Source: Carcharhinus longimanus
Lineage: Eukaryota
Reading direction: 5' to 3'
NCBI GenBank assembly: GCA_030264375.1
Contig: JASCQW010000081.1
Location: forward strand, 93,656,477 to 93,720,476
DNA: 64,000 bases
The translations under genes and the position numbers were made by a program. Position 1 is the stretch's first letter. Each line of letters starts with the position of its first letter. Shown here piece after piece: positions 51,011 to 63,455 of the stretch. The notes below the pieces were generated by a model. The model was not told where the DNA came from, did not search any database, and saw nothing but the letters and a program-made list of their open reading frames with translations.

Positions 51011-51324
51011 TTTTCTGGAGATAACATGCAGGTTAGAATATAAGTGATTGGTGACTTTTCATGCATTGTCTTTTTTTGTATATTCTTAAAATTGAAGCAT
51101 TCCAGAATATTTTGATTAATTATCTAAATGCAAATAATTTAAAGCCGCAAGCAGAAGGTCAGAAGTGTTTGTTTGATGAAACACCCATTGGTAGTAATTA
51201 CACAAGCAAGGTGGCCCTTCGTGCTGTATACATATGTAATGCTGTGAATAAGATGATTTTGTGTTTGGACGTTTGGAACAGGTTCGTTCTGAATTCTATA
51301 CTTTAGAAATTTAAATGTAAGTAG

Positions 51325-51431
51325 TTTTGTTTATTTATGTGAGGTGGGTGTCACTGCCATGGTCGGCATGTATCGCCCATTTCTCACTGCCCTTAATTTC
51401 AGAGGGCGTTTGAGAGTCAAGGTTACTGTTG
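51325..51431 (-). mobile_element. 3' part of the tRNA-SINE family of 56210-56562
   Basis: gtgggtgtcactgccatggtcggcatgtatcgcccatttctcactgccctt...gagggcgtttgagagtcaa. Confidence 0.6.
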
Positions 51432-52170
51432 NNNNNNNNNNCAGGTTTGTAAGATAGTAAGAAACATGTAAAAAACTTTAAGCATTGCAAAACTTTCTGT
51501 TTAAAACGTAGGTGTTTTTATGTCTGTGCTGCAGTGTTATAGGTGCATCCGGGAGAGACTGAAATAATGTATCGGAGTAAAAAAAAACAACAGGTTTACT
51601 TCGATAACATTCCTTAGACATTTGAATGAGAACATGTTATAGAATTTTAGCCAAGCTATTTGAAATAGTAATTTTGATGGTGGCAGCCTATCAGATGTGA
51701 ATTTGATGTTTTGATAATCTGTAAACCAATCATATTGTGCAAGTTTTGTCACGTCGTCAGTAGTCGAAAAGAAACTACAAGCTCCAAAGTGCCAGATGAA
51801 GACCTCCTGACAGCGACTGCCACAGATCACTGAACTGACAGCTATAAAGAACGAAACTCACACAGACAGTAACTTTCTGCCAGTGTTGCAGTCACCTGTT
51901 ACCTTAAACCTTGAAAAAAGCCTCATCTCAATCGTGAAGATAGCAAGAGAATAACAGAGGAATAGAACTTAGAAAAAGTCAGCAAAGACAGGAAGAAGAA
52001 GATGAAAAACCTGATAGCATTTAGACTGTGACTACAATTATTATTATTTTTTCTGTTAATAAGTGGCAACNNNNNNNNNNNNNNNNNNNNNNNNNNNNNN
52101 NNNNNNNNNNNNNNNNNNNNNNNNNNNNNNNNNNNNNNNNNNNNNNNNNNNNNNNNNNNNNNNNNNNNNN

Positions 52171-52712
52171 CGTACCAGACATCAAGCCCCTCTCCTTCGT
52201 GAATACCGACGCAAAGTATTCATTCAGGATCTCCCCCATTCCCTCAGCCTCTAAGCACAATTCCCCATGTCTGTCCCTGAGAGGACCGATTTTACCCCTA
52301 GCCACCCTTTTGCTCCTAAGAGTAAAACGCCTTTGGATTCTCCTTAATCCTACCTGCCAAAGCCATCTCATGCGCCATTTTTGCTCTTCTAACTCCCCTT
52401 TTGAGATCCCTCAGACTCTCTCTGTATTCCTCCAATGCTCTCTCTGTTCCCAGCTGCTTAGATCTGATATACGCCTCTCGTTTCTTCCTCACCAAGTCTT
52501 CTATATCTCTAGTAATCCACAGCTCTCTAATCCTACCTTTCCCATCCTTCCTCCTAACCGGCACATGTCTTTCCTGCACCCATTGCAGTTTTCCCTTGAA
52601 AGACTCCCACATGCCTAACGTGGTCTTGCCTTCTAACAGCCTATCCCAATCTGTATCCCTAAGATCCTGCCTAATCCGCCTGTATCGAGACTTTCCCCAA
52701 TTTAGCACCCTA
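52171..52712 (-). mobile_element. Young CR1 ORF2 linker region, continuing into the gap
   Basis: Well-preserved VLNWGKSRYRRIRQDLRDTDWDRLLEGK...MWESFKGKL...RIKENPKAFY / SKRVARGKIGPLRDRHGELCLEAEGMGEILNEYFASVFTKE, with one frameshift. Confidence 0.92.
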
Positions 52713-52732
52713 AAGGGGTGCAGGCAAGAGCA

Positions 52733-52945
52733 GGTAAAGTAGACTGAATTCATTTTCTAAAGGGCATTGCTGAACCAGGTTCAGTTTCAGAACAATTGAT
52801 TATAGTTTTAGGGAGATCATTAGCATATTAACTCTCTGATTGCTTTATTCAATACAAATGGTGTGATTGAATCGGGATCCCCTGTTCTTTCCGGGGTCCC
52901 TTGATTAGTAATGACAATAACAATGAAAATACGGCTTTGTCACCG
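52733..52945 (-). mobile_element. Decayed tRNA-SINE, same family as 56210-56562
   Basis: ctaaagggcattgctgaaccag matches ccaaagggcattagtgaaccaa. Eroded head gattgaatcgggatcccc. Confidence 0.55.
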
Positions 52946-55900
52946 TCTTGGCATATAGGAAAAGATACGATTTTGTGGGGACTGGCCAGGTTAGCCGCGA
53001 AGGTGATGTTACTTTCGTGAATGAATCAAGGAGTAAAGTAGCAAAGTTTATAGCAGAACGAAAAACACTTCCTAATTTAATATGGAGAGATGAAAATTTC
53101 CCTTCTCGAGGAAAATCATTGGTGTTTGAAAATGTTTTTCGAAATAAGTCGCGAATGCTGTATTTTTGAAGTCCCAATGGGCAATGTCCAAATGCTCTCT
53201 GAGCTCAGTTTTTAAACGGAGGGATCTGGACGGTTCCTTTGGATGTGGAGGACATAACAATCTCCACAGGTGTTTGGCAGCAAAATAAAATATAAAATAA
53301 AACATATTCCATTTGGATGCTAACATATTCATGCTACTTTAATATTATTGAATCGGTAAATATCCGACTTCCTCTGATTATTTTTGTAGCATGCGCACGC
53401 ACGATTGCAGCCTGTGTGTGTAACGTTATATCAGAAGCAAGTTTATGTCATAACAATTACTCAATAGAGCATATTATTTACAAACTACAAACATTTAGTC
53501 AGTAAAATTTACTGTTCCTCTACTTGGAATCAGTTGAACGTCCCATAGTTATCCTCAATCTCTATAGTTTTTGATATAGAACGCAGCATGAAGTAAAAAA
53601 AAAAGTTTATTTCAAAACCTGAAGTCGAATCACAGAAGTGCAGAAACAGACATGTACACATGCATTTACTTGACTCATGCAGATTCTAACTCTCGTGTTT
53701 ACACGCCAAATGTAAAGTAATTATTTTTCAAAGAAAACAATTTACCAGCTTTTTGGTCCCGTTCCTCTGCCGGTGCAAAACAGAACAGTTAAATCAGCTG
53801 CTGCCTCTATATCGCAAGTCTATACATATTAGAAAAATATATATGCAGAGCACCCATTCTAATTGTTTCGAATACCTGTTTTACTTAAAAAGTCAGTAGA
53901 GAAAAGAAACGTTTCAAGTTTCACATGCTAATATCTGTACTCCATTGGAGTACTCTCCCATTGTTTGCATCGAATTATGATACTGACCCGAGCCACTTTC
54001 AAGATATATTTACCTAAAATTGATTTATTTTCAGCTGATTTTGATATGTGTGTTTTTAATAATTGCATGGGTGCGTAGGTTTTGAGGATAGGTGTTTGAA
54101 AACTGCGGACGAGTGGCTTATAAAATGTCTTTTTCGAGAGCAGACGCCAGTTCAATGAGCCGAATGACCCACTTCGGCATTGTAGGCATTTCATGATTAC
54201 ATGAAAACATAAATCACAGGTGTTGCGAGACTGTTACTTATTAAAGATTCAAGTCATGAATAACAAAAGGGCGATGGCTAATTTAGCTGTTGTTGGAGGC
54301 AATAATTGTCTGGGAACTTACAGCCGATGCATGATAAGTTCCTTATGTTGAACAATGAACGTTTCAGTGTCTGATGAGCAATCTCCCGCAATCAGTGAAC
54401 TTCCATACTTTTCATGTGATAATGAAGAGTTTGAAGATTGTTGCAAATTTCAACTTTATTTCAGCGACGATACTGCTTGACCATCACATCCTGTAGTGAC
54501 TTTGTGGCAGTCAGTTAACTGGCATCCAAATGCAAAGTTTTCTTTCTCACTACAAGCCACAATTCGAACCAATAGAAAAAAAAAGCCTCAGATTCAAACT
54601 GACAGCAGTTTTCATTGTTTTGTTCTCAGCAATAAGTTAATGAACCCTTAACACATAATGGCGAGTCATATTCAAATTGACATGCCTGAGCAGTTTCGCT
54701 ATTGCCAGACAATTATAATAAATGCATTAATCTTTGTACATAGATCTATTGCACTGGACTTACTATATTGATATCCATATAAGCTATTTCACAGTCACCA
54801 TTCATCAACTTACCAGTGTATTTGTTTGTTTCTGTATCCCAACGAACTTAATGAAATCGGCCAATTTGGGGACTTCGATTGCAAGTGCTCTTTTCAGCCA
54901 TTAACAAGTATAATGGACGTTTTCACTAATGTCTTTTCATGATATACATCTGCCATTCTTTTCCTGTCTTCCCTACGTCAGGCTTCAGTCCGACATAAAG
55001 ACGCCTGACTAACACAACAATACAACAATAGTGGAATAAGCAATTTAGTTACATTTAACCACAATTAACCACGTGTAACACAACCAATTTGATAACAGAG
55101 ATTGCATATTAAGCCTTCGATCTGATTTTCCCGCACGAAGTAGCTCCAGATAAATCAGTGATTTGTCGACCGTTTTCCTGAACAACATATTAGCAAGCAA
55201 ATGCCGCCGTCGATCCTTTGTGAACATTTTCTGAAACACATTTCATCTACAACGAAATCGATTTCCCAGAGGACAATTATTGGTCCCATGGCAATACTGT
55301 TAAATATGAATACTTGCATTTGAACTATAATAATGATCCATGCGCGTAAACCTTACCAGCATTCAAGGTCATGCACCAAAGACTACTTTTTTTCAGATAA
55401 ATCTGAGGCTCTCGGTAAAACAGCTAACTGTTAAGTTCAATTAATTAATACATTTGAAATTGATAGTTAGTTACAATGTTGGTGGCCATTTGAAACGTCC
55501 TGCTTTGTCAACCAACACATTCCGTTTCATAAAGCCCTTTCATGAAATGTATTTACCAACATTTTCCCAATCTTCTCTATGTAGGTTGTCAGTCCCACAT
55601 AAGCGCTAACACAACAATTTAACAATGTCAGAGTAAGCATTTAACCACAAGATTTTAAAATAAAGTACAGAAAACTCGAGTAAACAAAGGGAATTGACTA
55701 ATTGTACAGCGAAACTTACAATCGTCAGCTAAATCTGCTAATCCTGCAGAATCTTCCATACGTGCTTGTGGTTTTGACCCAATATTTGGAAGGCTGCCCC
55801 ATGTAAAGTTCAAGCAGCAGACTTGTATAGTTTCTGTCNNNNNNNNNNNNNNNNNNNNNNNNNNNNNNNNNNNNNNNNNNNNNNNNNNNNNNNNNNNNNN

Positions 55901-56209
55901 NNNNNNNNNNNNNNNNNNNNNNNNNNNNNNNNNNNNNNTTCTGTCAACAAATTCTAAGTAACGTAACTATTCGAAATATTGCATCAACATCGCTGGCTGT
56001 GCACTTTGATACTTGCAAGGTAAGCCGAGTACAGTTGGCAGCATAGTATATATGGTCGGGAAGAAGTTCCTCTGGCAAGCATCAACATTTACTCTGGATT
56101 TCAAAAATACTAATAAAATTAAGCCAAAAAAAGCACAAGAGGACATTCTTCTGATCATTAGGTACCCACCCAAACCCTTTCACCGACCACAGCTGAGGAT
56201 TTCAGATCC

Positions 56210-56562
56210 TTTTCTCATTCATGGGATACGGATACCGCTGGGTGGCCAGTATTAATTATCCATTCTGAGTTGCCAAAAGGCAGTTGAGAGAGAACCAGAT
56301 TGTTATAGTTCTGGACTCGCATGTCGCTCAGACCAGTTAAGGATGGAAAATTCCCTTCCCCAAAGGGCATTAGTGAACCAAATAAGTTTTTCCGTCAATC
56401 GACAAAAGTTTCATGGTCATCAGTAGTTCCTAATTCCAGGTATTTTGTATTCAATTCAAATTCTGCCAGCTGCAGTGGCGGGATTCGAACTCGGGTCCCG
56501 AGAACATTAACTGAATTTCTGGGTTAATTGTGGAGCAATGCTACCAAACGTTCACCGACGCT
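56210..56562 (-). mobile_element. Full-length tRNA-derived SINE with a probable MetaSINE-type central domain and a LINE-derived 3' tail
   Basis: Minus strand has the B-box GAGTTCGAATCC (about 56481-56493), an upstream A-box-like TTGGTAGCATTG, the central block GGTTCACTAATGCCCTTTGGGGAAGGGAATTTTCCATCCTTAACTGGTCTG, and a tail GGCAACTCAGAATGGATAATTAATACTGGCC...CCCATGAATGA homologous to the LINE end at 34090-34160. Confidence 0.85.
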
Positions 56563-58660
56563 GGCACGACCAGGGAACGAAAGTTATGCAAAACGAATAA
56601 ATACATAATATCAAAGGTGTATCAGAAATGCCGCTGCATAACAAGGTGACTGATTCTGGCATTCAGTTACTGCTTGACTTTGCTTGTGCATGGTGCTGAT
56701 GGAAACTACAAAAGATAAAACGCTGCTTGAAAACTTCATCAATTATTAAGCTATCGTTGCTGAATGTACCAATGATTGAATTGCTGAGGTAATTACCATG
56801 CATCCGTTGAGAGAAGGTCTACTGTTTTCACGTTCAATAATCCCGTGATTGGGTTGGAAGGACAGGAGAAAGTACTAATTACTAATGTTTAGAGAAGATA
56901 TAACAACTTAGTTCTGGTCATCTGCAAGGTATCAAAATCAGCAAAATTACATTCAGCCATAATCTACAATGGAATGGCTCAACTGTCACACGCTCTAACA
57001 TTAACCTGATCCCACTGGATTAATACCGTTACAATGAAGACATCAAGGGCGTATTGTAGGCGTAGCAGCATGCACAATTAATTGAGGTGTCAACCCTGTT
57101 TATTTACAGGACATGGCTACCTGCATTCTGTGCAGTTGAAGCAGCTGGTGATCGACATGGTGACGATCGATCTGGTTCAATATGTGTACTCCTGATTCAT
57201 TCAATCGTGAGTAATGGTGAACAATTTAATAACTTAGGAGAGAGAATAGACTAACCTCCAGAGTACTCCAAACGTGGATGTTGGCCCAGTGTATTAGGCC
57301 AAACGACGAGGCAGAAACTTTTTTTTTCAGACAGAATGGCCATAACCTTTATCTCGTTCTTGGTTTCCCAGCATCATCAACGGTCGTCTTCAGATACTTC
57401 AATGCAACTCAGCGATATGAAAAGATGGCTGAATCAGTATATTCTGAAACCCAAACGAGCCCTGGCAACATTCTAATAGTACGTAATGACTGTCATACGT
57501 AAGGACAGTGCCCAAAACGCTAGCCTGCCATTAGTTAGAATGTTACTGTAGCGACAAATCACTGGAAGCAGGGCAACCATGAAAAGGGAAATAACCACCT
57601 GACCAGTCTATTGCCGATCACAAGTATAGACATTACGTGTGCCATCGACTGAGTTATAAAGGAACATTGTGAAGTTGATAATATAATCACTGACGTCATA
57701 CTTCACCGGCACAACCCAGTTCCTCACGTAAGTTCAACGTTTGTCCTAATATTGTTCAACTAAAAGATGTGGGATTTCGCGGCTCACCCAGCAACTGGCA
57801 CAAATTCATGTTTTCCATTTCCCTTGAGCAATTGGTGATGAGCATTTTTCTCCAAATAATGTTATACTTGTGGTGCAGCGACAGTCTCCCCGCTGTTAGG
57901 ACCATTTTTTTTAAGTACACTAATAGTTACTTACTGATTTTTTCACGAAGCCGTCCAAGTTCTGGAAATGTCCGAAAATATGTTACAAGTAAGAATTCCA
58001 AACTACATACGGGATAGCATCGCACACGATGATCTCTGTGATATACCATACAACAACCCATGAAAATTAATGATTGTTTGGAGGTAAACCATATATATCA
58101 ACAGCTTAAAAAAATGAAGGTATTATTATGAGGATCGTTTCATCAGTTAGCATCTAATGCAACACTCATGAATAAAGTTAGGAGAGTTAAATGAATGTGA
58201 TAGTGGCATGGGATTGTATGGTCTGGCGGAGAGCCGCACTGCTCTGAGGCAGCAACAGGTATTATGACTACTTATTTTCATGATTCGTCCAAGTAGTAAA
58301 TATACCTCCATGAGGATGTGTATGAACTTGGAATTGCGCGTGAGGCAGCCATTTGTCATGTTTCATGTAGAAACCACCACACGTACAGATGCAAGAATGA
58401 TATTCTGAAAACAATTTCACAATTTTGGGTGCAATTTTACAGTCATAATCCAAAATTCAATTATCTATGGACTGTTAGCAGAACCACAGTCAGAAATTAC
58501 AATTATAATTGACTCGTGGAGGTTTGGGATATAATATTGCAGTTTTTAGCAGTACACGTCCATCGACAAATGAAACATTTCTTGTGAGAGGCAGAAGTGT
58601 GTTGTAAAGATGCAATGAGATCAGCGTCCTGCTCTTCTGTGTATTAGTGCAGACGGAGGG

Positions 58661-58681
58661 GTGTGTGTGTGTGTGTGTGTT
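58661..58681. repeat. (GT)n microsatellite next to a G-run and a gap
   Basis: Directly visible. Confidence 0.9.
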
Positions 58682-59549
58682 GGGGGGGGGGAGGAGTTNN
58701 NNNNNNNNNNNNNNNNNNNNNNNNNNNNNNNNNNNNNNNNNNNNNNNNNNNNNNNNNNNNNNNNNNNNNNNNNNNNNNNNNNNNNNNNNNNNNNNNNNGG
58801 GCCCGGGGGGGGAGTGGGGAAGGAGTAAGCAAAATCCCAGTGGAATGACTATTTGAAGTCATCTTCAGAAACAAACATTTTTCAGCTCAATATGACAGTG
58901 CAGATATGTCAAAGGGAACCAAATTCGGACGGAATGTGATGACCAAGTAAACGAGAAAATTGTATGGATGGATCAGATCCACGCAGACATGTTGCTTAAA
59001 AATATCCCAGTAGAAAAAAAACATGGTTTAATTCCTATCTCTACTACATGGACATGGGAAAAAATGCTGAAGTTTGAGCGATGCCTATTAACGTGCAAAT
59101 GAAAGTTTGAAAGAAAACAAAAAATAATAAATAGGATAAGGCATGTAATAAAGTATGATGTAAGTGATATTATTTTTTTTGGAATGAACCTTTTTTCATC
59201 GAATGAATAAAGACCATAAATGAAAGGATAATGGAAACAGAAAATTACGATCTTCTGGGTCCATACAAAAATGAAAATATAAACGACGACATGAGAATAT
59301 AGATGCCCTGACATTTTGATCATAATATTTCGTACAATATATGCATTTCTTCCATTCTAAATTACCCCAAAAGGAACGGTTTTCTGTGCCATTTCAGAAT
59401 GTATTTGGGAGTCAAGAAGCAAGAACAATGCATTTCACACTGCGGAGCGCAAAAAAAAGTCGGATTTTCAATTTAAGGGCCAATGTTATTGAAGAAAGTA
59501 TGTTGGAATATCGACAGAGATAGCGTAAAGACACACTATTAGACTCAGG

Positions 59550-59918
59550 ACATTGAATTTGGAAGACATTGAATCCTATCAGTGTAGACTGAGGTCATTT
59601 GGTCCATCACGTCTGCTCTGACACTCTAACAGACGACCTTGTCCTCTTCCCGCCTTATCCACATAAACCCACACATTTACCGTGGCTTATCCATCTAACC
59701 TACACATCATTGGACCCTAAGGGGCAATTTACCCTGGCTTACCCAAATACGCTGCACACCTTTGGGCGGTGGGAGGAAACCAGAGAACCAGGAGGAAATC
59801 CATGCAGACAGGGGGAGATGTGCAAGCTCAACACAGTCAGTGATCCAAGGCTAGAATTAAAATCGGGTAGCTGGTGCTGTGAAGTAATAATGCAAACTAT
59901 GGTGCCACTTTGCCACCC
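59550..59918 (-). mobile_element. Full-length HE1-type V-SINE
   Basis: Minus strand starts GGGTGGCAAAGTGGCACCATAGTTTGCATT (tRNA head). The V-domain is seen on the plus strand as gtgggaggaaaccagagaaccaggaggaaatccatgcagacagggggagatgtgcaagctcaacacagtcagt. CR1/HER1-like tail GATGGACCAAATGACCTC..CACTGATAGGATTC. Confidence 0.9.
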
Positions 59919-60559
59919 AGTCTGTAACTGCGGAGTGCTGCATTAATCAGTGTTGCAACCTTTACATGTTCAGCAAATTTTAAGACAGTGCGGCGCAGCA
60001 AGAATAATTTACGTACTTTTGTTGTCACTGCAAATTTAATCGTTAATGCAGAGCGTTAAGGGTGGAAACGGAGGATGCATTCGTGAATGAGAAACAAGGT
60101 TGAGCGTTGTACAGTGCGTAGAAATCCGAAGTAATTCAGTCCCGAACATAAGGAAATAATTCATTCAGCATGAATTTTGAACATAATTTAACAGGAGCTT
60201 TACTGTCTCTGGATTCTAATCATAAATATTTAAGCAAATCAGAAAGAATAATAGATCCGACCAATAGCCGTGGAATTACATTTTGTTTTAATTGCTGGCT
60301 TATTTGTGGTGTAGTCATTTCAAAGGTGCAGTCAGATTCTCAAAATAATCTTACATCATTTTGATTATTAAAATAAAATATTAATCGAAATGTCCTGTGT
60401 CACTTGTCGAATTATTTATATCATCGACACTGCATCAGGATATCGTGTTTTTTTTTCTCTGACATGTGATCCAAAAGCATCAAGATACATTGCTTTAATT
60501 TTATTTTAAATTAAAAATTGCAGTATGTAAATACCGATTATCTTTCGTTGTCTTTTAGA

Positions 60560-61540
60560 GTAAATGATTAGATAGACGTCTTGGAGTTGGGGAACAAATG
60601 TAGTGTGTCAAATTTCGTAGATGACACGAAGATAAGTGGTGGAATAAAGCGTGCAGAGAACAATTGAAGTCTGCAGGGGAACATAGATCTTTGAAATTGA
60701 TGGGTAAGCGTCTGACAGATGGAGGAAAAAATGGTAAATGTGAGTTCATCTATTTTCGTAGGAAGAGCACCAAAATAGATCATTAAAAATGACAACATAT
60801 TGCAGCATACTGCTGTGGAGGGGAACCTGGGCTTCCCTGTATCGAAAAAAAGTCAATTTGTAGGCGCAGCAAGAATTTAAGAACACATTTGAAATATTGT
60901 TCTTCATTGCTAGAGGGATGGAGAATGTGGTGTATAAGGTGCTGGTGAAGCCACAGCTGGATATTGTTTACAGTTTCAGTACCCTTACTTGAGAAAGAAT
61001 GTGCTGAAGGGGTTGCAGAGCGGAATCAATAGATTGATTCCAGTGTTGAGAAGATTGGCTTATGGGAATAGACTGAATAATCTAGGATTATACTCACTGC
61101 AATTTAGAAGTGTGAAGGGATGGGTGGCTTAAGAAAAAAAAGTAAAAATCCTCTTTAGGAAGGGAACAGATAAGATGAAAACAGAAAGGCTGAATCCACG
61201 GGCTGGAGGAGCTAGAAGTAGGAGGCATAGCCTCAAAATAAAGAGCGGCAGATATTGGGTCTGTGGAATACCCTGCCCAGTGAGGTAGCTAAGCCTGCCT
61301 TAGTGACTGTATTTAGGCAAACGTTGATACATTTCTGAGCGCTGAAGTAATTAATTGTTATAGGGGGGATGATGATAGGAGTGGAATCTCGGAAATGATC
61401 AGCCATGAATGTATTCTTATTGAATGGCGGAACTGGCTGTAGGGGCCATGTTACCCACCGCCCCCACCCCGCCCCCTCTCCCCCTCCCCCAGGTGCCATG
61501 ATATGTTACGTTGTATTGTGTTATGTCATGCTTTGTTACG
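60560..61540 (+). mobile_element. 5'-truncated CR1 LINE (RT end to 3' UTR)
   Basis: IDVLELGNKCSVSNFVDDTKISG, YKVLVKPQLDI (about YK.LVRP.LEY), LWNTLPSEVA. 3' UTR tcagccatga...ttattgaatggcggaactggc and a degenerate (tatgt)n tail. Confidence 0.88.
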
Positions 61541-62554
61541 AAGAGACAAAAAATGCAAATACACAGTTTAATACTATACCCAAGTCTTTCAAACGCAGCA
61601 GTGCCTCTACAAATCAAAGCACAACGTGGGACTTAAGCATCAATATGCTCGTTTTGCTTGACATTGCTAGAACAATAATATATTGAATAGTGAAATTTCT
61701 AACCAGTTATGTATATATATATATACAACAGTCACAGGATTACCAAAAAATTGCTGCATGATTCTCAGCTCATAAGCTAATGAGACAAATAATATGGATG
61801 CAGTGAGAGCAGTAAAGAAGTAAACATGATTTACTATATACACATAGAAAATTTAGTGTATTTTAAGTATTGTGTGAATCGTTGCTCATTTCACAGAAAG
61901 CAGATTATCGAAAAAGATGATGGAAAAAAAAGGCGATTAGTTCAGAACCAATGCCTAGAAACCACGTAGTTAGCAAAATTCATTTCAGAATACTTCTTAT
62001 GAAGTAATATATTTCGCAAGATAATGGATAAGTTTATTTATTGTCCAGACTCAGAATAAGGATTTGCCCGTACACACGATCACGTGTTTTATCAGCTTGG
62101 CAACGATCCGGTGGGAATGTTCATTTTGACCCCTGCAGCAAGTGTCTCAGGTAACCCCAAAACCAGGAAGCGACTCTAGCCAAAATGAACGTTATCATCT
62201 GAATTAAACGGATCTATGACATATTATTATGCTGCATGCAAAAATGAAATTGGCTCAGCGATATGTCAACGATTGCATTTGATGTATTTTTATTGACTGT
62301 AACTGATTAAAAAAATGAACGGGGAATAATGATAATATATTAACCGATCTTTAATTGATTATATACGTTAGTTTCATCAGAGAGATATGTTGCTTTATCT
62401 AAGAGCTAATTAACTCATTCGGTAATTTATGAGCAGCTGCCTGTTGTGTTTTTTTTTATAACAAAAGTTGTATCTTCCTATAGAGTTATTTGCCTCGGGA
62501 GATTTGTATTGTTCATATTTAAAGACAGTACCGGCCATCTTGATTTACCCATAA

Positions 62555-62682
62555 TGTGTGTGTGCACGTGTGTGTGTGTGTGTGTGCGTGTGTTTGTGTG
62601 AATGTATATGTTTGGTGTTTGTGCGAGTGTATATGCGTGCGCGTGTGTGTGTATGTGCGTGTTTGAGTGTATGTGCATGTGC
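62555..62682. repeat. Interrupted (TG)n microsatellite
   Basis: Directly visible. A short (CA)n also lies at about 62848-62865. Confidence 0.95.
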
Positions 62683-63299
62683 GCTCTACATATGTTTCAC
62701 GATATATTTTAGCTAGCCACACAATTTTCAATATTGTGTAAAGGTAGCAAATAACTGTATCATCCTTACAGTGGAAGGCAGCCAGTCAGCAATCACTTCT
62801 GCACTAACTCTTCAGAAGAGCGCCATAAACAGCCATACCTGCACCCGACACACACACACACACACTCATCCGTGCATTTGGCACACCTAATACAGCTAAC
62901 ATGACATGTTTGGACACTTAGCGCGGCCAATCGGTCTATCCTGCTCATATTTTACATTACGGTAGATACGATTTCAGTGAGAATTGGGGAATAAAAAAAC
63001 ACAAAGTTGTGAGAACACATCCTTTCCGTTTTAAAATGTTCCAGCTTGAAAGACCAAAGTGCTAACTTAATTTTGAACTTTGCATTCAACTAATAAGTTA
63101 CGCCATTTGTTGTATAGAGGCGATGTGATAGGTAGACGACATCTGCTAAGTCATTCTCGAAACTGAAATATTCATTTTCTGTCGTAGACTCAAAGGTGAG
63201 TGACAAAATTACACCTCTTTTACGATGAAAAAGTAAACTATTCGGTACAGAGATTTTGCGTTGGTTCTCTGAATGATAATTCCATCTCGCCCAACTCAC

Positions 63300-63455
63300 C
63301 TGGCTCATTCCGGTCACCGTGCACGTTTTACGATCCAAGTCCCTTTTGGATACCTCGATTGAACCGATCTCTGTTCACGACGCTGCAAGTGTGCTGAACC
63401 CACCGACGACCACGTGAAACCGCTGCCACCAAACTGCCTCCCGCCCTCCCCACAC
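63300..63455 (-). promoter_or_regulatory. Candidate promoter and first exon of an unidentified minus-strand gene
   Basis: GC box GGGCGGG (63446-63440), E-box CACGTG (63411-63416), about 14 CpG in 170 bp, then GGA-ATG-AGC-CAG|GTGAGT, a consensus donor at 63300/63299. Confidence 0.45.

Noticed and set aside
56470-56562. tRNA gene (clear B-box)
   Set aside because: It is the head of a SINE; no cloverleaf, and it continues into the SINE body.
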